From NCBI RefSeq assembly GCF_024700885.2, contig NZ_CP117016.1: a stretch of DNA of 64,000 bases, one strand, 5' to 3'. Origin of the DNA: Escherichia coli. GTDB taxonomy: Bacteria > Pseudomonadota > Gammaproteobacteria > Enterobacterales > Enterobacteriaceae. Positions 1-11,298 of the stretch are shown in pieces. Position 1 is the first letter of the stretch, and every line of letters starts with the position of its first letter. The position numbers and the translations under genes were made by a program. A model generated the notes under the pieces. The model saw only the letters and a list, made by a program, of their open reading frames with translations. It was not told the origin of the DNA and searched no databases.

Positions 1-467
1 GTCGCAGCACCCGCACCGTAGCGAGGGTTTGTAAAGCAGTTAGCGGTTCCCCACAGCAGCTTCACGCCGCTCTCTTCTTGCTTGCCTGCAAGGACATCAA
101 CCATTTGCGCAAAATTATTGATGTACTCTTTTAACGACGCGCCCTCAGGGGAAACATCCACATCGTGGAAGCAATAAAATGGCACATGTAACTTGTGGAA
201 AAACTCAAATGCGACATCTGCTTTACGCTTCGCCAACGCCAGTGCCTCACCAGGCTGCTGCCACGGACGATTAAACGCCCCCACACCAAACATGTCCGCC
301 CCGTTCCAGCAGAAGGTGTGCCAGTAGCAGGCGGCAAAACGCAAGTGCTCTTCCATACGCTTGCCCAACACCAGTTCGTCGGGATTATAGTGATGGAATG
401 CTAACGGGTTAGAGGATTTTGAGCCTTCATAACGAACGCGATCGAGCTGGTCAAAATAGGCTTGCAT
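1..467 (-). CDS. xylA: Xylose isomerase, N-terminal part (gene continues beyond window start)
   Basis: Reverse-strand translation from the ATG at 465-467 reads [52 protein letters not shown]..., recognised as the XylA N-terminus. Not in the ORF track because the ORF runs off the window edge. Divergent from xylF. Confidence 0.88.
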   Translation of the reverse strand, partial: MQAYFDQLDRVRYEGSKSSNPLAFHHYNPDELVLGKRMEEHLRFAACYWHTFCWNGADMFGVGAFNRPWQQPGEALALAKRKADVAFEFFHKLHVPFYCFHDVDVSPEGASLKEYINNFAQMVDVLAGKQEESGVKLLWGTANCFTNPRYGAGAA

Positions 468-832
468 ATTGAACTCCATAATCAGGTAATGCCGCGGGTG
501 ATGGATGATGTCGTAATATTGGGCACTCCCTTTCAGTTGCTCAATTATGTTATTTCACACTGCTATTGAGATAATTCACAAGTGTGCGCTCGCTCGCAAA
601 ATAAAATGGAATGAGGAAACTGGGTAATTCCTCGAAGAGAAAAATGCAATAAGTACAATTGCGCAACAAAAGTAAGATCTCTGTCATAAATCAAGAAATA
701 AACCAAAAATCGTAATCGAAAGATAAAAATCTGTAATTGTTTTCCCCTGTTTAGTTGCTAAAAATTGGTTACGTTTATCGCGGTGATTGTTACTTATTAA
801 AGCTGTCCTCTACCTACAGAAGGCCCTACACC
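468..832. promoter_or_regulatory. Divergent xylA/xylF promoter-operator region
   Basis: AT-rich 365-bp spacer between divergently oriented xylA and xylF. In E. coli this region is known to carry XylR and CRP sites; individual sites were not mapped here. Confidence 0.5.
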
Positions 833-1825
833 ATGAAAATAAAGAACATTCTACTCACCCTTTGCACCTCACTTCTGCTTACCAACGTTGCGGCACACGC
901 CAAAGAAGTCAAAATAGGTATGGCGATTGATGATCTCCGTCTTGAACGCTGGCAAAAAGATCGAGATATCTTTGTGAAAAAGGCAGAATCTCTCGGCGCG
1001 AAAGTATTTGTACAGTCTGCAAATGGCAATGAAGAAACACAAATGTCGCAGATTGAAAACATGATTAACCGGGGTGTCGATGTTCTTGTCATTATTCCGT
1101 ATAACGGTCAGGTATTAAGTAACGTTGTAAAAGAAGCCAAACAAGAAGGTATTAAAGTATTAGCTTACGACCGTATGATTAACGATGCGGATATCGATTT
1201 TTATATTTCTTTCGATAACGAAAAAGTCGGTGAATTGCAGGCAAAAGCCCTGGTCGATATTGTTCCGCAAGGTAATTACTTCCTGATGGGCGGCTCGCCG
1301 GTAGATAACAACGCCAAGCTGTTCCGCGCCGGGCAAATGAAAGTGTTAAAACCTTACGTTGATTCCGGAAAAATTAAAGTCGTTGGTGACCAATGGGTTG
1401 ATGGCTGGTTACCGGAAAACGCATTAAAAATTATGGAAAACGCGCTAACCGCCAATAACAACAAAATTGATGCTGTAGTTGCCTCAAACGATGCCACCGC
1501 AGGTGGGGCAATTCAGGCATTAAGTGCGCAAGGTTTATCAGGGAAAGTAGCAATTTCCGGCCAGGATGCGGATCTCGCAGGTATTAAACGTATTGCTGCC
1601 GGTACGCAAACTATGACGGTGTATAAACCTATTACATTGTTGGCAAATACTGCCGCAGAAATTGCCGTTGAGTTGGGCAATGGTCAGGAACCAAAAGCAG
1701 ATACCACACTGAATAATGGTCTGAAAGATGTTCCCTCCCGCCTGCTGACACCGATCGATGTGAATAAAAACAACATCAAAGATACGGTAGTTAAAGACGG
1801 ATTCCACAAAGAGAGCGAGCTGTAA
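833..1825 (+). CDS. xylF: D-xylose ABC transporter periplasmic binding protein
   Basis: ORF-track protein from internal Met 27 (MKIKNILLTLCTSLLLTNVAAHA..., signal peptide); 330 aa. Track start at 755 rejected as an upstream extension. Confidence 0.93.
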   Translation: MKIKNILLTLCTSLLLTNVAAHAKEVKIGMAIDDLRLERWQKDRDIFVKKAESLGAKVFVQSANGNEETQMSQIENMINRGVDVLVIIPYNGQVLSNVVKEAKQEGIKVLAYDRMINDADIDFYISFDNEKVGELQAKALVDIVPQGNYFLMGGSPVDNNAKLFRAGQMKVLKPYVDSGKIKVVGDQWVDGWLPENALKIMENALTANNNKIDAVVASNDATAGGAIQALSAQGLSGKVAISGQDADLAGIKRIAAGTQTMTVYKPITLLANTAAEIAVELGNGQEPKADTTLNNGLKDVPSRLLTPIDVNKNNIKDTVVKDGFHKESEL

Positions 1826-1830
1826 GCGTT

Positions 1831-1855
1831 ACGCCCCGGCGCAGAGCGGGGGCGT
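1831..1855 (+). terminator. GC-rich hairpin between xylF and xylG (possible partial terminator or attenuator)
   Basis: acgccccggcgcagagcgggggcgt forms an 8-9 bp GC stem directly after the xylF stop. Weak T tract. Confidence 0.35.
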
Positions 1856-1902
1856 GATTTCTCTCCATGCCGCGTGAATGAATTGGCTTAGGTGGAGTCG
1901 TT

Positions 1903-3444
1903 ATGCCTTATCTACTTGAAATGAAGAACATTACCAAAACCTTCGGCAGTGTGAAGGCGATTGATAACGTCAGCTTGCGGTTGAATGCTGGCGAAATCGT
2001 CTCACTCTGTGGGGAAAATGGGTCTGGTAAATCAACGCTGATGAAAGTGCTGTGTGGTATTTATCCCCATGGCTCCTACGAAGGCGAAATTATTTTTGCG
2101 GGAGAAGAGATTCAGGCGAGTCACATCCGCGATACCGAACGCAAAGGTATCGCCATCATTCACCAGGAATTGGCCCTGGTGAAAGAATTGACCGTGCTGG
2201 AAAATATCTTCCTGGGTAACGAAATAACCCACAATGGCATTATGGATTATGATCTGATGACGCTACGCTGTCAGAAGCTGCTCGCACAGGTCAGTTTATC
2301 CATTTCACCTGATACCCGCGTTGGCGATTTAGGGCTTGGGCAACAACAACTGGTTGAAATTGCCAAGGCACTTAATAAACAGGTGCGCTTGTTAATTCTC
2401 GATGAACCGACAGCCTCATTAACTGAGCAGGAAACGTCGGTTTTACTGGATATTATTCGCGATCTACAACAGCACGGTATCGCCTGTATTTATATTTCGC
2501 ACAAACTCAACGAAGTCAAAGCGATTTCCGATACGATTTGCGTTATTCGCGACGGTCAGCACATTGGTACGCATAATGCTGCCGGAATGAGTGAAGACGA
2601 TATTATCACCATGATGGTCGGACGAGAGTTAACCGCGCTTTACCCTAATGAACCACATACCACCGGAGATGAAATATTACGTATTGAACATCTGACGGCA
2701 TGGCATCCGGTTAATCGTCATATTAAACGAGTTAATGATGTCTCGTTTTCCCTGAAACGTGGCGAAATACTGGGTATTGCCGGACTCGTTGGTGCCGGAC
2801 GTACCGAGACCATTCAGTGCCTGTTTGGCGTGTGGCCCGGACAATGGGAAGGAAAAATTTATATTGATGGCAAACAGGTAGATATTCGTAACTGTCAGCA
2901 AGCCATCGCCCAGGGGATTGCGATGGTACCCGAAGACAGAAAGCGCGACGGCATCGTTCCGGTAATGGCAGTTGGTAAAAATATTACCCTCGCCGCACTC
3001 AATAAATTTACCGGCGGTATTAGCCAGCTTGATGACGCGGCAGAGCAAAAATGTATTCTGGAATCAATCCAGCAACTCAAAGTTAAAACGTCGTCCCCCG
3101 ACCTTGCTATTGGACGTTTGAGCGGCGGCAATCAGCAAAAAGCGATCCTCGCTCGCTGTCTGTTACTTAACCCGCGCATCCTCATTCTTGATGAACCTAC
3201 CAGGGGTATCGATATTGGCGCGAAATACGAGATCTACAAATTAATTAACCAACTCGTCCAGCAGGGTATTGCCGTTATTGTCATCTCTTCCGAATTACCT
3301 GAAGTGCTCGGCCTTAGCGATCGTGTACTGGTGATGCATGAAGGGAAACTAAAAGCCAACCTGATAAATCATAACCTGACTCAGGAGCAGGTGATGGAAG
3401 CCGCATTGAGGAGCGAACATCATGTCGAAAAGCAATCCGTCTGA
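1903..3444 (+). CDS. xylG: D-xylose ABC transporter ATP-binding protein
   Basis: 513 aa with two ABC cassettes (Walker [10 protein letters not shown] and a second GLVGAGRTE); position after xylF. Confidence 0.93.
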   Translation: MPYLLEMKNITKTFGSVKAIDNVSLRLNAGEIVSLCGENGSGKSTLMKVLCGIYPHGSYEGEIIFAGEEIQASHIRDTERKGIAIIHQELALVKELTVLENIFLGNEITHNGIMDYDLMTLRCQKLLAQVSLSISPDTRVGDLGLGQQQLVEIAKALNKQVRLLILDEPTASLTEQETSVLLDIIRDLQQHGIACIYISHKLNEVKAISDTICVIRDGQHIGTHNAAGMSEDDIITMMVGRELTALYPNEPHTTGDEILRIEHLTAWHPVNRHIKRVNDVSFSLKRGEILGIAGLVGAGRTETIQCLFGVWPGQWEGKIYIDGKQVDIRNCQQAIAQGIAMVPEDRKRDGIVPVMAVGKNITLAALNKFTGGISQLDDAAEQKCILESIQQLKVKTSSPDLAIGRLSGGNQQKAILARCLLLNPRILILDEPTRGIDIGAKYEIYKLINQLVQQGIAVIVISSELPEVLGLSDRVLVMHEGKLKANLINHNLTQEQVMEAALRSEHHVEKQSV

Positions 3445-4603
3445 AGTGAAATTGGCCGTACCGACATCCGGTGGCTTTTCCGGGCTGAAGTCACTGAATT
3501 TGCAGGTCTTCGTGATGATTGCAGCTATCATCGCAATCATGCTGTTCTTTACCTGGACCACCGATGGTGCCTACTTAAGCGCTCGTAACGTCTCCAACCT
3601 GTTACGCCAGACCGCGATTACCGGCATCCTCGCGGTAGGAATGGTGTTCGTCATAATTTCTGCTGAAATTGACCTTTCCGTCGGCTCAATGATGGGGCTG
3701 TTAGGTGGCGTCGCGGCGATTTGTGACGTCTGGCTAGGCTGGCCTTTGCCACTTACCATCATTGTGACTTTGGTTCTGGGACTGCTTCTCGGTGCCTGGA
3801 ACGGATGGTGGGTCGCGTACCGTAAAGTCCCTTCATTTATTGTCACCCTCGCGGGCATGTTGGCATTTCGCGGCATACTCATTGGCATCACCAACGGCAC
3901 GACTGTATCCCCCACCAGCGCCGCGATGTCACAAATTGGGCAAAGCTATCTACCTGCCAGCACCGGCTTCATCATTGGCGCGCTTGGCTTAATGGCTTTT
4001 GTTGGCTGGCAATGGCGCGGAAGAATGCGCCGTCAGGCTTTGGGTTTGCAGTCTCCGGCCTCTACCGCAGTTGTCGGTCGCCAGTCATTAACGGCGATTA
4101 TCGTCTTAGGCGCAATCTGGCTGTTGAACGATTACCGTGGCGTTCCCACTCCTGTTCTGCTGCTGACGTTGCTGTTACTCGGCGGAATGTTTATGGCAAC
4201 GCGGACGGCATTTGGACGACGCATTTATGCCATCGGCGGCAATCTGGAAGCAGCACGGCTCTCCGGGATTAACGTTGAACGCACCAAACTTGCCGTGTTC
4301 GCAATTAACGGATTAATGGTAGCCATCGCCGGATTAATCCTCAGTTCTCGACTTGGCGCTGGTTCACCTTCTGCGGGGAATATCGCCGAGCTGGACGCAA
4401 TTGCAGCATGCGTGATTGGCGGCACCAGTCTGGCTGGCGGTGTCGGGAGCGTGGCTGGAGCGGTAATGGGGGCATTCATCATGGCTTCACTGGATAACGG
4501 CATGAGTATGATGGATGTACCGACCTTCTGGCAGTATATCGTTAAAGGTGCGATTCTGTTGCTGGCAGTATGGATGGACTCCGCAACCAAACGCCGTTCT
4601 TGA
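3422..4603 (+). CDS. xylH: D-xylose ABC transporter permease
   Basis: 393-aa hydrophobic polytopic protein; overlaps the xylG stop; operon position. Confidence 0.93.
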   Translation: MSKSNPSEVKLAVPTSGGFSGLKSLNLQVFVMIAAIIAIMLFFTWTTDGAYLSARNVSNLLRQTAITGILAVGMVFVIISAEIDLSVGSMMGLLGGVAAICDVWLGWPLPLTIIVTLVLGLLLGAWNGWWVAYRKVPSFIVTLAGMLAFRGILIGITNGTTVSPTSAAMSQIGQSYLPASTGFIIGALGLMAFVGWQWRGRMRRQALGLQSPASTAVVGRQSLTAIIVLGAIWLLNDYRGVPTPVLLLTLLLLGGMFMATRTAFGRRIYAIGGNLEAARLSGINVERTKLAVFAINGLMVAIAGLILSSRLGAGSPSAGNIAELDAIAACVIGGTSLAGGVGSVAGAVMGAFIMASLDNGMSMMDVPTFWQYIVKGAILLLAVWMDSATKRRS

Positions 4604-4680
4604 TTTTGATAAAAATTTTCTCAAAGCCGGTAATGTATTACCGGTTTTGAGTTTTTGCATGATTCAGCAGGAAAAGAACC

Positions 4681-5859
4681 ATGTTTACTAAACGTCACCG
4701 CATCACATTACTGTTCAATGCCAATAAAGCCTATGACCGGCAGGTAGTAGAAGGCGTAGGGGAATATTTACAGGCGTCACAATCGGAATGGGATATTTTC
4801 ATTGAAGAAGATTTCCGCGCCCGCATTGATAAAATCAAGGACTGGTTAGGAGATGGCGTCATTGCCGACTTCGACGACAAACAAATCGAGCAAGCGCTAG
4901 CTGATGTCGACGTCCCCATTGTTGGGGTTGGTGGCTCGTATCACCTTGCCGAAAGTTACCCACCCGTTCATTACATTGCCACCGATAACTATGCGCTGGT
5001 TGAAAGCGCATTTTTGCATTTAAAAGAGAAAGGCGTTAACCGCTTTGCTTTTTATGGTCTTCCGGAATCAAGCGGTAAACGTTGGGCCACTGAACGCGAA
5101 TATACATTTCGTCAGCTTGTCGCCGAAGAAAAGTATCGCGGAGTGGTTTATCAGGGGTTAGAAACCGCGCCAGAGAACTGGCAACACGCGCAAAATCGGC
5201 TGGCAGACTGGCTACAAACGCTGCCACCGCAAACCGGGATTATTGCCGTTACTGACGCCCGGGCGCGGCATATTCTGCAAGTATGTGAACATCTACACAT
5301 TCCCGTACCGGAAAAATTATGCGTGATTGGCATCGATAACGAAGAACTGACCCGCTATCTGTCGCGTGTCGCCCTTTCTTCGGTCGCTCAGGGCGCGCGG
5401 CAAATGGGCTATCAGGCGGCAAAACTGTTGCATCGATTATTAGATAAAGAAGAAATGCCGCTACAGCGGATTTTGGTCCCTCCAGTTCGCGTCATTGAAC
5501 GGCGCTCAACAGATTACCGCTCGCTGACCGATCCCGCCGTTATTCAGGCCATGCATTACATTCGTAATCACGCCTGTAAAGGGATTAAAGTGGATCAGGT
5601 ACTCGATGCGGTCGGGATCTCGCGCTCCAATCTTGAGAAGCGTTTTAAAGAAGAAGTGGGCGAAACCATCCATGCCATGATTCATGCCGAGAAGTTGGAG
5701 AAAGCGCGAAGTCTGCTGATTTCAACCACCTTGTCGATCAATGAGATATCGCAAATGTGCGGTTATCCATCGCTGCAATATTTCTACTCTGTTTTTAAAA
5801 AAGCATATGACACGACGCCAAAAGAGTATCGCGATGTAAATAGCGAGGTCATGTTGTAG
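4681..5859 (+). CDS. xylR: Xylose operon transcriptional activator (AraC family, periplasmic-binding-like N-domain)
   Basis: 392 aa; C-terminal AraC-type helix-turn-helix (…ISQMCGYPSLQYFYSVFKKAYDTTPKEYR); synteny. Confidence 0.93.
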   Translation: MFTKRHRITLLFNANKAYDRQVVEGVGEYLQASQSEWDIFIEEDFRARIDKIKDWLGDGVIADFDDKQIEQALADVDVPIVGVGGSYHLAESYPPVHYIATDNYALVESAFLHLKEKGVNRFAFYGLPESSGKRWATEREYTFRQLVAEEKYRGVVYQGLETAPENWQHAQNRLADWLQTLPPQTGIIAVTDARARHILQVCEHLHIPVPEKLCVIGIDNEELTRYLSRVALSSVAQGARQMGYQAAKLLHRLLDKEEMPLQRILVPPVRVIERRSTDYRSLTDPAVIQAMHYIRNHACKGIKVDQVLDAVGISRSNLEKRFKEEVGETIHAMIHAEKLEKARSLLISTTLSINEISQMCGYPSLQYFYSVFKKAYDTTPKEYRDVNSEVML

Positions 5860-5875
5860 CGATGATGAGAATTGT

Positions 5876-5955
5876 CGGCGTCGCATCAGGTAACTCAGCA
5901 CAACCACCTGATGCGAGCAAAAGCCTTATCCGACTGACAAGTCGGATAAGGCTCG
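5876..5955. repeat. REP-type palindromic units between convergent xylR and bax
   Basis: Two imperfect palindromes (gcatcagg…cctgatgc and agccttatccgac…gtcggataaggct) typical of enterobacterial REP elements. Confidence 0.55.
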
Positions 5956-5966
5956 AGGAAATGCAA

Positions 5967-6791
5967 TTACATATGCGCCGCGATTAACCGTTGGTTATCC
6001 TGGTACATTGCGAACAGGTAGTTGTTATAACTCTTCCCTTTGGTCGAGTAGCCCTTCAGCTTGTGAATCATCGCTGTGGCAGTCACTTCCTGATCCGCTT
6101 TACGCAGCTGTGCACGCGATTTACGGAACGAAGAGTAAGCCGGGTGCGTATTCAGGTTAGTGACATAGGCGCTCACCGATTCTTTGACAGAACTAAACTG
6201 TGAGTACCCTTTCACTTTACCCGGCGCATTGGTACAACGTCCTTTCATGCATTTCATGCCGAACAGATTGTTGTTGTTGCGCGCCAGCTTTGACGTTCCC
6301 CAACCGCTTTCTGCTGCAGCCATCGTCGCCACCATACTGGTAGGGATAATGTCTACGCGTTCAAGCAAGGTATTCCACGGGATTTTTCGCGTATTACCAG
6401 ACCACTTCACCTTGTAGCGTTTGGCGATGTCTTTCAGACGCGCACGCTCAGCAGGTGACCATTGGCCCTGATACTGTTTTGAAATCAGCCAGTTACGTTC
6501 CGCAGTAATGGCCGCATTTTGGCTGGTAATGTAAGGCATTACAGTCCGGAGAAACGCCTTTTTCCTTGGTGTTCCGGAAGGGTATTTTCGCAAATCAGGA
6601 AGTGAACTACTCTTTGCACTATTGCGAGAATACTCTTGTTTACTGCTTACCTGTTTATTACTAGCTTTAGTTAAGTGGGACTTTTGACTCGCTGTTGTTG
6701 TGTGCGTCTTCGCTAACACCTCACTCGAAAACACCAGAGTGAGTAACATAAGAATCATCGCCCCATATCGTCGTATGGGAGTCAAAATCAT
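5967..6791 (-). CDS. bax: Bax protein (putative glucosaminidase-like, signal peptide)
   Basis: 274-aa ORF on the minus strand with an N-terminal hydrophobic leader; position between xylR and malS. Confidence 0.8.
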   Translation of the reverse strand: MILTPIRRYGAMILMLLTLVFSSEVLAKTHTTTASQKSHLTKASNKQVSSKQEYSRNSAKSSSLPDLRKYPSGTPRKKAFLRTVMPYITSQNAAITAERNWLISKQYQGQWSPAERARLKDIAKRYKVKWSGNTRKIPWNTLLERVDIIPTSMVATMAAAESGWGTSKLARNNNNLFGMKCMKGRCTNAPGKVKGYSQFSSVKESVSAYVTNLNTHPAYSSFRKSRAQLRKADQEVTATAMIHKLKGYSTKGKSYNNYLFAMYQDNQRLIAAHM

Positions 6792-7110
6792 CAGGTCTCC
6801 TGGTCGGATTTAATCATTCCAACACCTTATATTTTTCACAAATTTGAGAGTTGAATCTCAAATCATATCAAAAATAGCTGTCAAGAGCACCCCAAGGAAT
6901 AGTCCAAATCTGAAACTATGTCACGAGTTAACGATTCAGATTGGCGCTAAATCGCAGAAAATGTGGGGTTTATCGCAAAATTCAGCCGTTTTTTGCGCGC
7001 GATCGCTCACCCTTGCTTCTCATCCTGTGGACTTACCGCTCAGGGATGAGTTTTGTCTGGCTTATCGCTGGCAAACTGTCTGAAATCGCAGCAATAAGGA
7101 CTCATCCGCC

Positions 7111-9141
7111 ATGAAACTCGCCGCCTGTTTTCTGACACTCCTTCCTGGCTTCGCCGTTGCCGCCAGCTGGACTTCTCCGGGGTTTCCCGCCTTTAGCGAA
7201 CAGGGGACGGGAACATTTGTCAGCCACGCGCAGTTGCCCAAAGGTACGCGTCCACTAACGCTAAATTTTGACCAACAGTGCTGGCAGCCTGCGGATGCGA
7301 TAAAACTCAATCAGATGCTTTCCCTGCAACCTTGTAGCAACACGCCACCTCAATGGCGATTGTTCAGGGACGGCGAATATACGCTGCAACTAGACACCCG
7401 CTCCGGTACACCAACATTGATGATTTCCATCCAGAACGCCGTCGAACCGGTAGCAAGCCTGGTCCGTGAATGCCCGAAATGGGATGGATTACCGCTCACA
7501 CTGGATGTTAGCGCCACTTTTCCGGAGGGAGCCGCCGTCCGGGATTATTACAGCCAGCAAATTGCGATAGTGAAGAACGGTCAAATAACGTTACAACCCG
7601 CTGCCACCAGCAACGGTTTACTCCTGCTGGAACGGGCAGAAACTGACGCCTCCGCCCCTTTCGACTGGCATAACGCCACGGTTTACTTTGTGCTGACAGA
7701 TCGTTTCGAAAACGGCGATCCCAGTAATGACCAGAGTTACGGACGTCATAAAGACGGTATGGCAGAAATTGGCACTTTTCACGGCGGCGATTTACGCGGC
7801 CTGACCAACAAACTGGATTACCTCCAGCAGCTGGGCGTCAATGCTTTATGGATAAGTGCCCCATTTGAGCAAATTCACGGCTGGGTCGGCGGCGGTACAA
7901 AAGGTGATTTCCCGCATTATGCCTATCATGGTTATTACACCCAGGACTGGACGAACCTTGATGCCAATATGGGCAGCGAAGCCGATCTACGGACGCTGGT
8001 TGATAGCGCGCATCAGCGCGGTATTCGTATTCTCTTTGATGTCGTGATGAACCACACCGGCTATGCCACACTGGCGGATATGCAGGAGTATCAGTTTGGC
8101 GCGTTATATCTTTCTGGTGACGAAGTGAAAAAAACGTTGGGGGAACGCTGGAGCGACTGGAAACCTGCCGCCGGGCAAACCTGGCATAGCTTTAACGATT
8201 ACATTAATTTCAGCGACAAAACAGGCTGGGATAAATGGTGGGGAAAAAACTGGATCAGAACCGATATCGGCGATTACGACAATCCGGGATTTGACGATCT
8301 CACTATGTCGCTGGCCTTTTTGCCGGATATCAAAACCGAATCAACTACCGCTTCAGGTCTGCCGGTGTTCTATAAAAACAAAACGAATACCCACGCTAAA
8401 GTCATCGACGGTTTTACCCCTCGCGATTACTTAACCCACTGGTTAAGTCAGTGGGTTCGCGACTATGGGATTGATGGTTTTCGGGTCGATACCGCCAAAC
8501 ATGTTGAGTTGCCCGCCTGGCAGCAACTGAAAACCGAAGCCAGCGCCGCACTTCGCGAATGGAAAAAAGCTAACCCCGACAAAACATTAGATGACAAACC
8601 GTTCTGGATGACCGGTGAAGCCTGGGGCCACGGCGTGATGCAAAGTGACTACTATCGCCACGGCTTCGATGCGATGATCAATTTCGATTATCAGGAGCAG
8701 GCGGCTAAAGCAGTCGATTGTCTGGCGCAGATGGATACTACCTGGCAGAAAATGGCGGAGAAATTGCAGGATTTCAACGTGTTGAGCTACCTCTCGTCGC
8801 ATGATACCCGCCTGTTCCGTGAAGGGGGCGACAAAGCAGCAGAGTTATTATTATTAGCGCCAGGCGCGGTACAAATCTTTTATGGTGATGAATCCTCGCG
8901 TCCGTTCGGCCCCACCGGTTCGGATCCGCTGCAAGGTACGCGTTCGGATATGAACTGGCAGGATGTTAGCGGTAAATCTGCCGCCAGCGTCGCGCACTGG
9001 CAGAAAATCAGCCAGTTCCGCGCCCGCCATCCCGCAATTGGCGAGGGCAAACAAACGACACTTTCGCTGAAGCAGGGCTACGGCTTTGTTCGTGAGCATG
9101 GCGACGATAAAGTGCTGGTCATCTGGGCTGGGCAACAGTGA
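7111..9141 (+). CDS. malS: Periplasmic alpha-amylase
   Basis: 676 aa with signal peptide and GH13 motifs (GIRILFDVVMNHTG, GFRVDTAKHV); synteny. Confidence 0.93.
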   Translation: MKLAACFLTLLPGFAVAASWTSPGFPAFSEQGTGTFVSHAQLPKGTRPLTLNFDQQCWQPADAIKLNQMLSLQPCSNTPPQWRLFRDGEYTLQLDTRSGTPTLMISIQNAVEPVASLVRECPKWDGLPLTLDVSATFPEGAAVRDYYSQQIAIVKNGQITLQPAATSNGLLLLERAETDASAPFDWHNATVYFVLTDRFENGDPSNDQSYGRHKDGMAEIGTFHGGDLRGLTNKLDYLQQLGVNALWISAPFEQIHGWVGGGTKGDFPHYAYHGYYTQDWTNLDANMGSEADLRTLVDSAHQRGIRILFDVVMNHTGYATLADMQEYQFGALYLSGDEVKKTLGERWSDWKPAAGQTWHSFNDYINFSDKTGWDKWWGKNWIRTDIGDYDNPGFDDLTMSLAFLPDIKTESTTASGLPVFYKNKTNTHAKVIDGFTPRDYLTHWLSQWVRDYGIDGFRVDTAKHVELPAWQQLKTEASAALREWKKANPDKTLDDKPFWMTGEAWGHGVMQSDYYRHGFDAMINFDYQEQAAKAVDCLAQMDTTWQKMAEKLQDFNVLSYLSSHDTRLFREGGDKAAELLLLAPGAVQIFYGDESSRPFGPTGSDPLQGTRSDMNWQDVSGKSAASVAHWQKISQFRARHPAIGEGKQTTLSLKQGYGFVREHGDDKVLVIWAGQQ

Positions 9142-9318
9142 CTTTTCCGGCTTCCCGTTCGTCAGTACCTCGGGAAGCCGCCAACCAGGATAAAATGTCA
9201 GCTCTAATCAGCGTTGCAGGATAAAGCACCGCTCCCTCTTCAACAGAGCGATTTGCACCCCAGCAAATGTAGCGTTATTGTTACCTTCCTTGCTACAGAG
9301 TTCGACAGATATCCCGCT

Positions 9319-10572
9319 ATGACATTCTCCCTTTTTGGTGACAAATTTACCCGCCACTCCGGCATTACGCTGCTGATGGAAGATCTGAACGACGGTTTAC
9401 GCACGCCTGGCGCGATTATGCTCGGCGGCGGTAATCCAGCGCAGATCCCGGAAATGCAGGACTACTTCCAGACGCTACTGACCGACATGCTGGAAAGTGG
9501 CAAAGCGACTGATGCACTGTGCAATTACGACGGTCCACAGGGGAAAACGGAGCTACTCACACTGCTTGCCGGAATGCTGCGCGAGAAGTTGGGTTGGGAT
9601 ATCGAACCACAGAATATTGCACTAACAAACGGCAGCCAGAGCGCGTTTTTCTACTTATTTAATCTGTTTGCCGGACGCCGTGCCGATGGTCGGGTCAAAA
9701 AAGTGCTGTTCCCGCTGGCACCTGAATATATTGGCTACGCTGACGCCGGACTGGAAGAAGATCTGTTTGTCTCTGCGCGTCCGAATATTGAACTGCTGCC
9801 GGAAGGCCAGTTTAAATATCACGTCGATTTCGAACATCTGCGCATTGGCGAAGAGACGGGGATGATTTGCGTCTCGCGACCGACGAACCCAACAGGTAAT
9901 GTGATAACCGATGAAGAGTTGCTGAAGCTGGATGCGCTGGCGAATCAGCACGGGATCCCGCTGGTGATTGATAACGCCTATGGCGTCCCGTTCCCGGGCA
10001 TCATCTTTAGCGAAGCGCGCCCGCTGTGGAATCCGAATATCGTGCTATGCATGAGCCTTTCCAAGCTAGGTCTGCCAGGTTCGCGCTGCGGCATTATCAT
10101 CGCCAATGAAAAAATCATCACCGCCATCACTAATATGAACGGCATTATCAGTCTCGCGCCTGGCGGCATTGGTCCGGCGATAATGTGTGAAATGATTAAG
10201 CGTAACGATCTGCTGCGCCTGTCAGAAACGGTCATCAAGCCGTTCTATTACCAGCGTGTTCAGGAGACTATCGCCATCATTCGCCGCTATTTACCGGAAG
10301 ATCGCTGCCTGATTCATAAACCCGAAGGAGCCATTTTCCTCTGGCTATGGTTTAAAGATTTGCCAATTACCACCGAGCAGCTTTATCTGCGTCTGAAGGC
10401 GCGCGGCGTGCTGATGGTGCCGGGCCACAACTTCTTCCCAGGGCTGGATAAACCGTGGCCGCATACGCATCAATGTATGCGCATGAACTACGTACCGGAG
10501 CCGGATAAAATTGAAGCAGGGGTGAAGATTCTGGCGGAAGAGATTGAACGCGCCTGGGCTGAAAGTCATTAA
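9319..10572 (+). CDS. avtA: Valine-pyruvate aminotransferase
   Basis: 417 aa from internal Met 36 of the track ORF (MTFSLFGDKFTRHSGITLLMEDL…); PLP-aminotransferase lysine context (…SLSKLGLPGSRCG…). Confidence 0.9.
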   Translation: MTFSLFGDKFTRHSGITLLMEDLNDGLRTPGAIMLGGGNPAQIPEMQDYFQTLLTDMLESGKATDALCNYDGPQGKTELLTLLAGMLREKLGWDIEPQNIALTNGSQSAFFYLFNLFAGRRADGRVKKVLFPLAPEYIGYADAGLEEDLFVSARPNIELLPEGQFKYHVDFEHLRIGEETGMICVSRPTNPTGNVITDEELLKLDALANQHGIPLVIDNAYGVPFPGIIFSEARPLWNPNIVLCMSLSKLGLPGSRCGIIIANEKIITAITNMNGIISLAPGGIGPAIMCEMIKRNDLLRLSETVIKPFYYQRVQETIAIIRRYLPEDRCLIHKPEGAIFLWLWFKDLPITTEQLYLRLKARGVLMVPGHNFFPGLDKPWPHTHQCMRMNYVPEPDKIEAGVKILAEEIERAWAESH

Positions 10573-10577
10573 AAATT

Positions 10578-10676
10578 GCCTGATGCGCTACGCTTATCAG
10601 GCCTACATGATTTCTGCAATATATTGAATTTGGAAAAATTTGTAGGCCGGATAAGGCGTTTAAGCCGCATCCGGCA
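10578..10676. repeat. REP elements downstream of avtA
   Basis: gcctgatgcgctacgcttatcaggcctaca and tgtaggccggataaggcgtttaagccgcatccggca are classic REP palindromes. Confidence 0.6.
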
Positions 10677-10723
10677 TAAACAAAGCGCACTATTCCTGCG
10701 TTAAAAAACGCCGGAAAAACGTT

Positions 10724-11197
10724 TCAAACAGGCTGTTGTCGTAGCCGATTTCGCTGCACTTTCTCAACATCCATACACTGCAACGCCTTTGTCGGGCAGG
10801 CTTCAACACAGGCCGGCCCTGTCGCCCGATGCCAGCAGAGATCGCACTTAATCGCCCTCGCCTTTGTACGCGATGAAACGACCTCCATTGCACCAAATGG
10901 ACACGCCAGCATGCAGCTTTTACAGCCAATACAACGTGATTGTTCAACGAAAATATGCCCATGTTCGCGGCGAATAGCGTCTACAGGGCAGACATTCGCG
11001 CACGGCGCATCTTCACACTGATGGCAGGCTACTGCCGTGGTCCAGGTGTGGTCTTTAATAACACGGATACGGGAAATAAACTCGTCTGGTGACAACGCAG
11101 CGCAATCCTGATTCTCCTGATGCGACACTGCGCAAGCCACTTCACAGGTACGGCAACCGATACATTTCGTCGCATCCGCAATAATAAACCGGTTCAT
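10724..11197 (-). CDS. ysaA: 4Fe-4S ferredoxin-type protein
   Basis: Multiple CxxCxxCxxxCP cluster motifs (CIGCRTCEVAC, CIGCKSCMLACP); about 157 aa from MNRFIIAD. Confidence 0.85.
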   Translation of the reverse strand: MNRFIIADATKCIGCRTCEVACAVSHQENQDCAALSPDEFISRIRVIKDHTWTTAVACHQCEDAPCANVCPVDAIRREHGHIFVEQSRCIGCKSCMLACPFGAMEVVSSRTKARAIKCDLCWHRATGPACVEACPTKALQCMDVEKVQRNRLRQQPV

Positions 11198-11298
11198 GAT
11201 CACTCCTTTGCACTAAAACAGCAGAGTGCCAGAGAGCGCGTCTCTACTGCTTTGATCCAACGAAGGAAATGTTAAAGTTTTGGCACTTGTCCAAAGCG

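Noticed and set aside
9214-9318. 35-codon upstream extension of avtA, and the analogous extensions of xylF (755-832), lldP (58218-58244) and lldR (59885-59899)
   Set aside because: In each case the conserved protein N-terminus begins at an internal Met; the longer ORFs are longest-ORF artefacts of the track.
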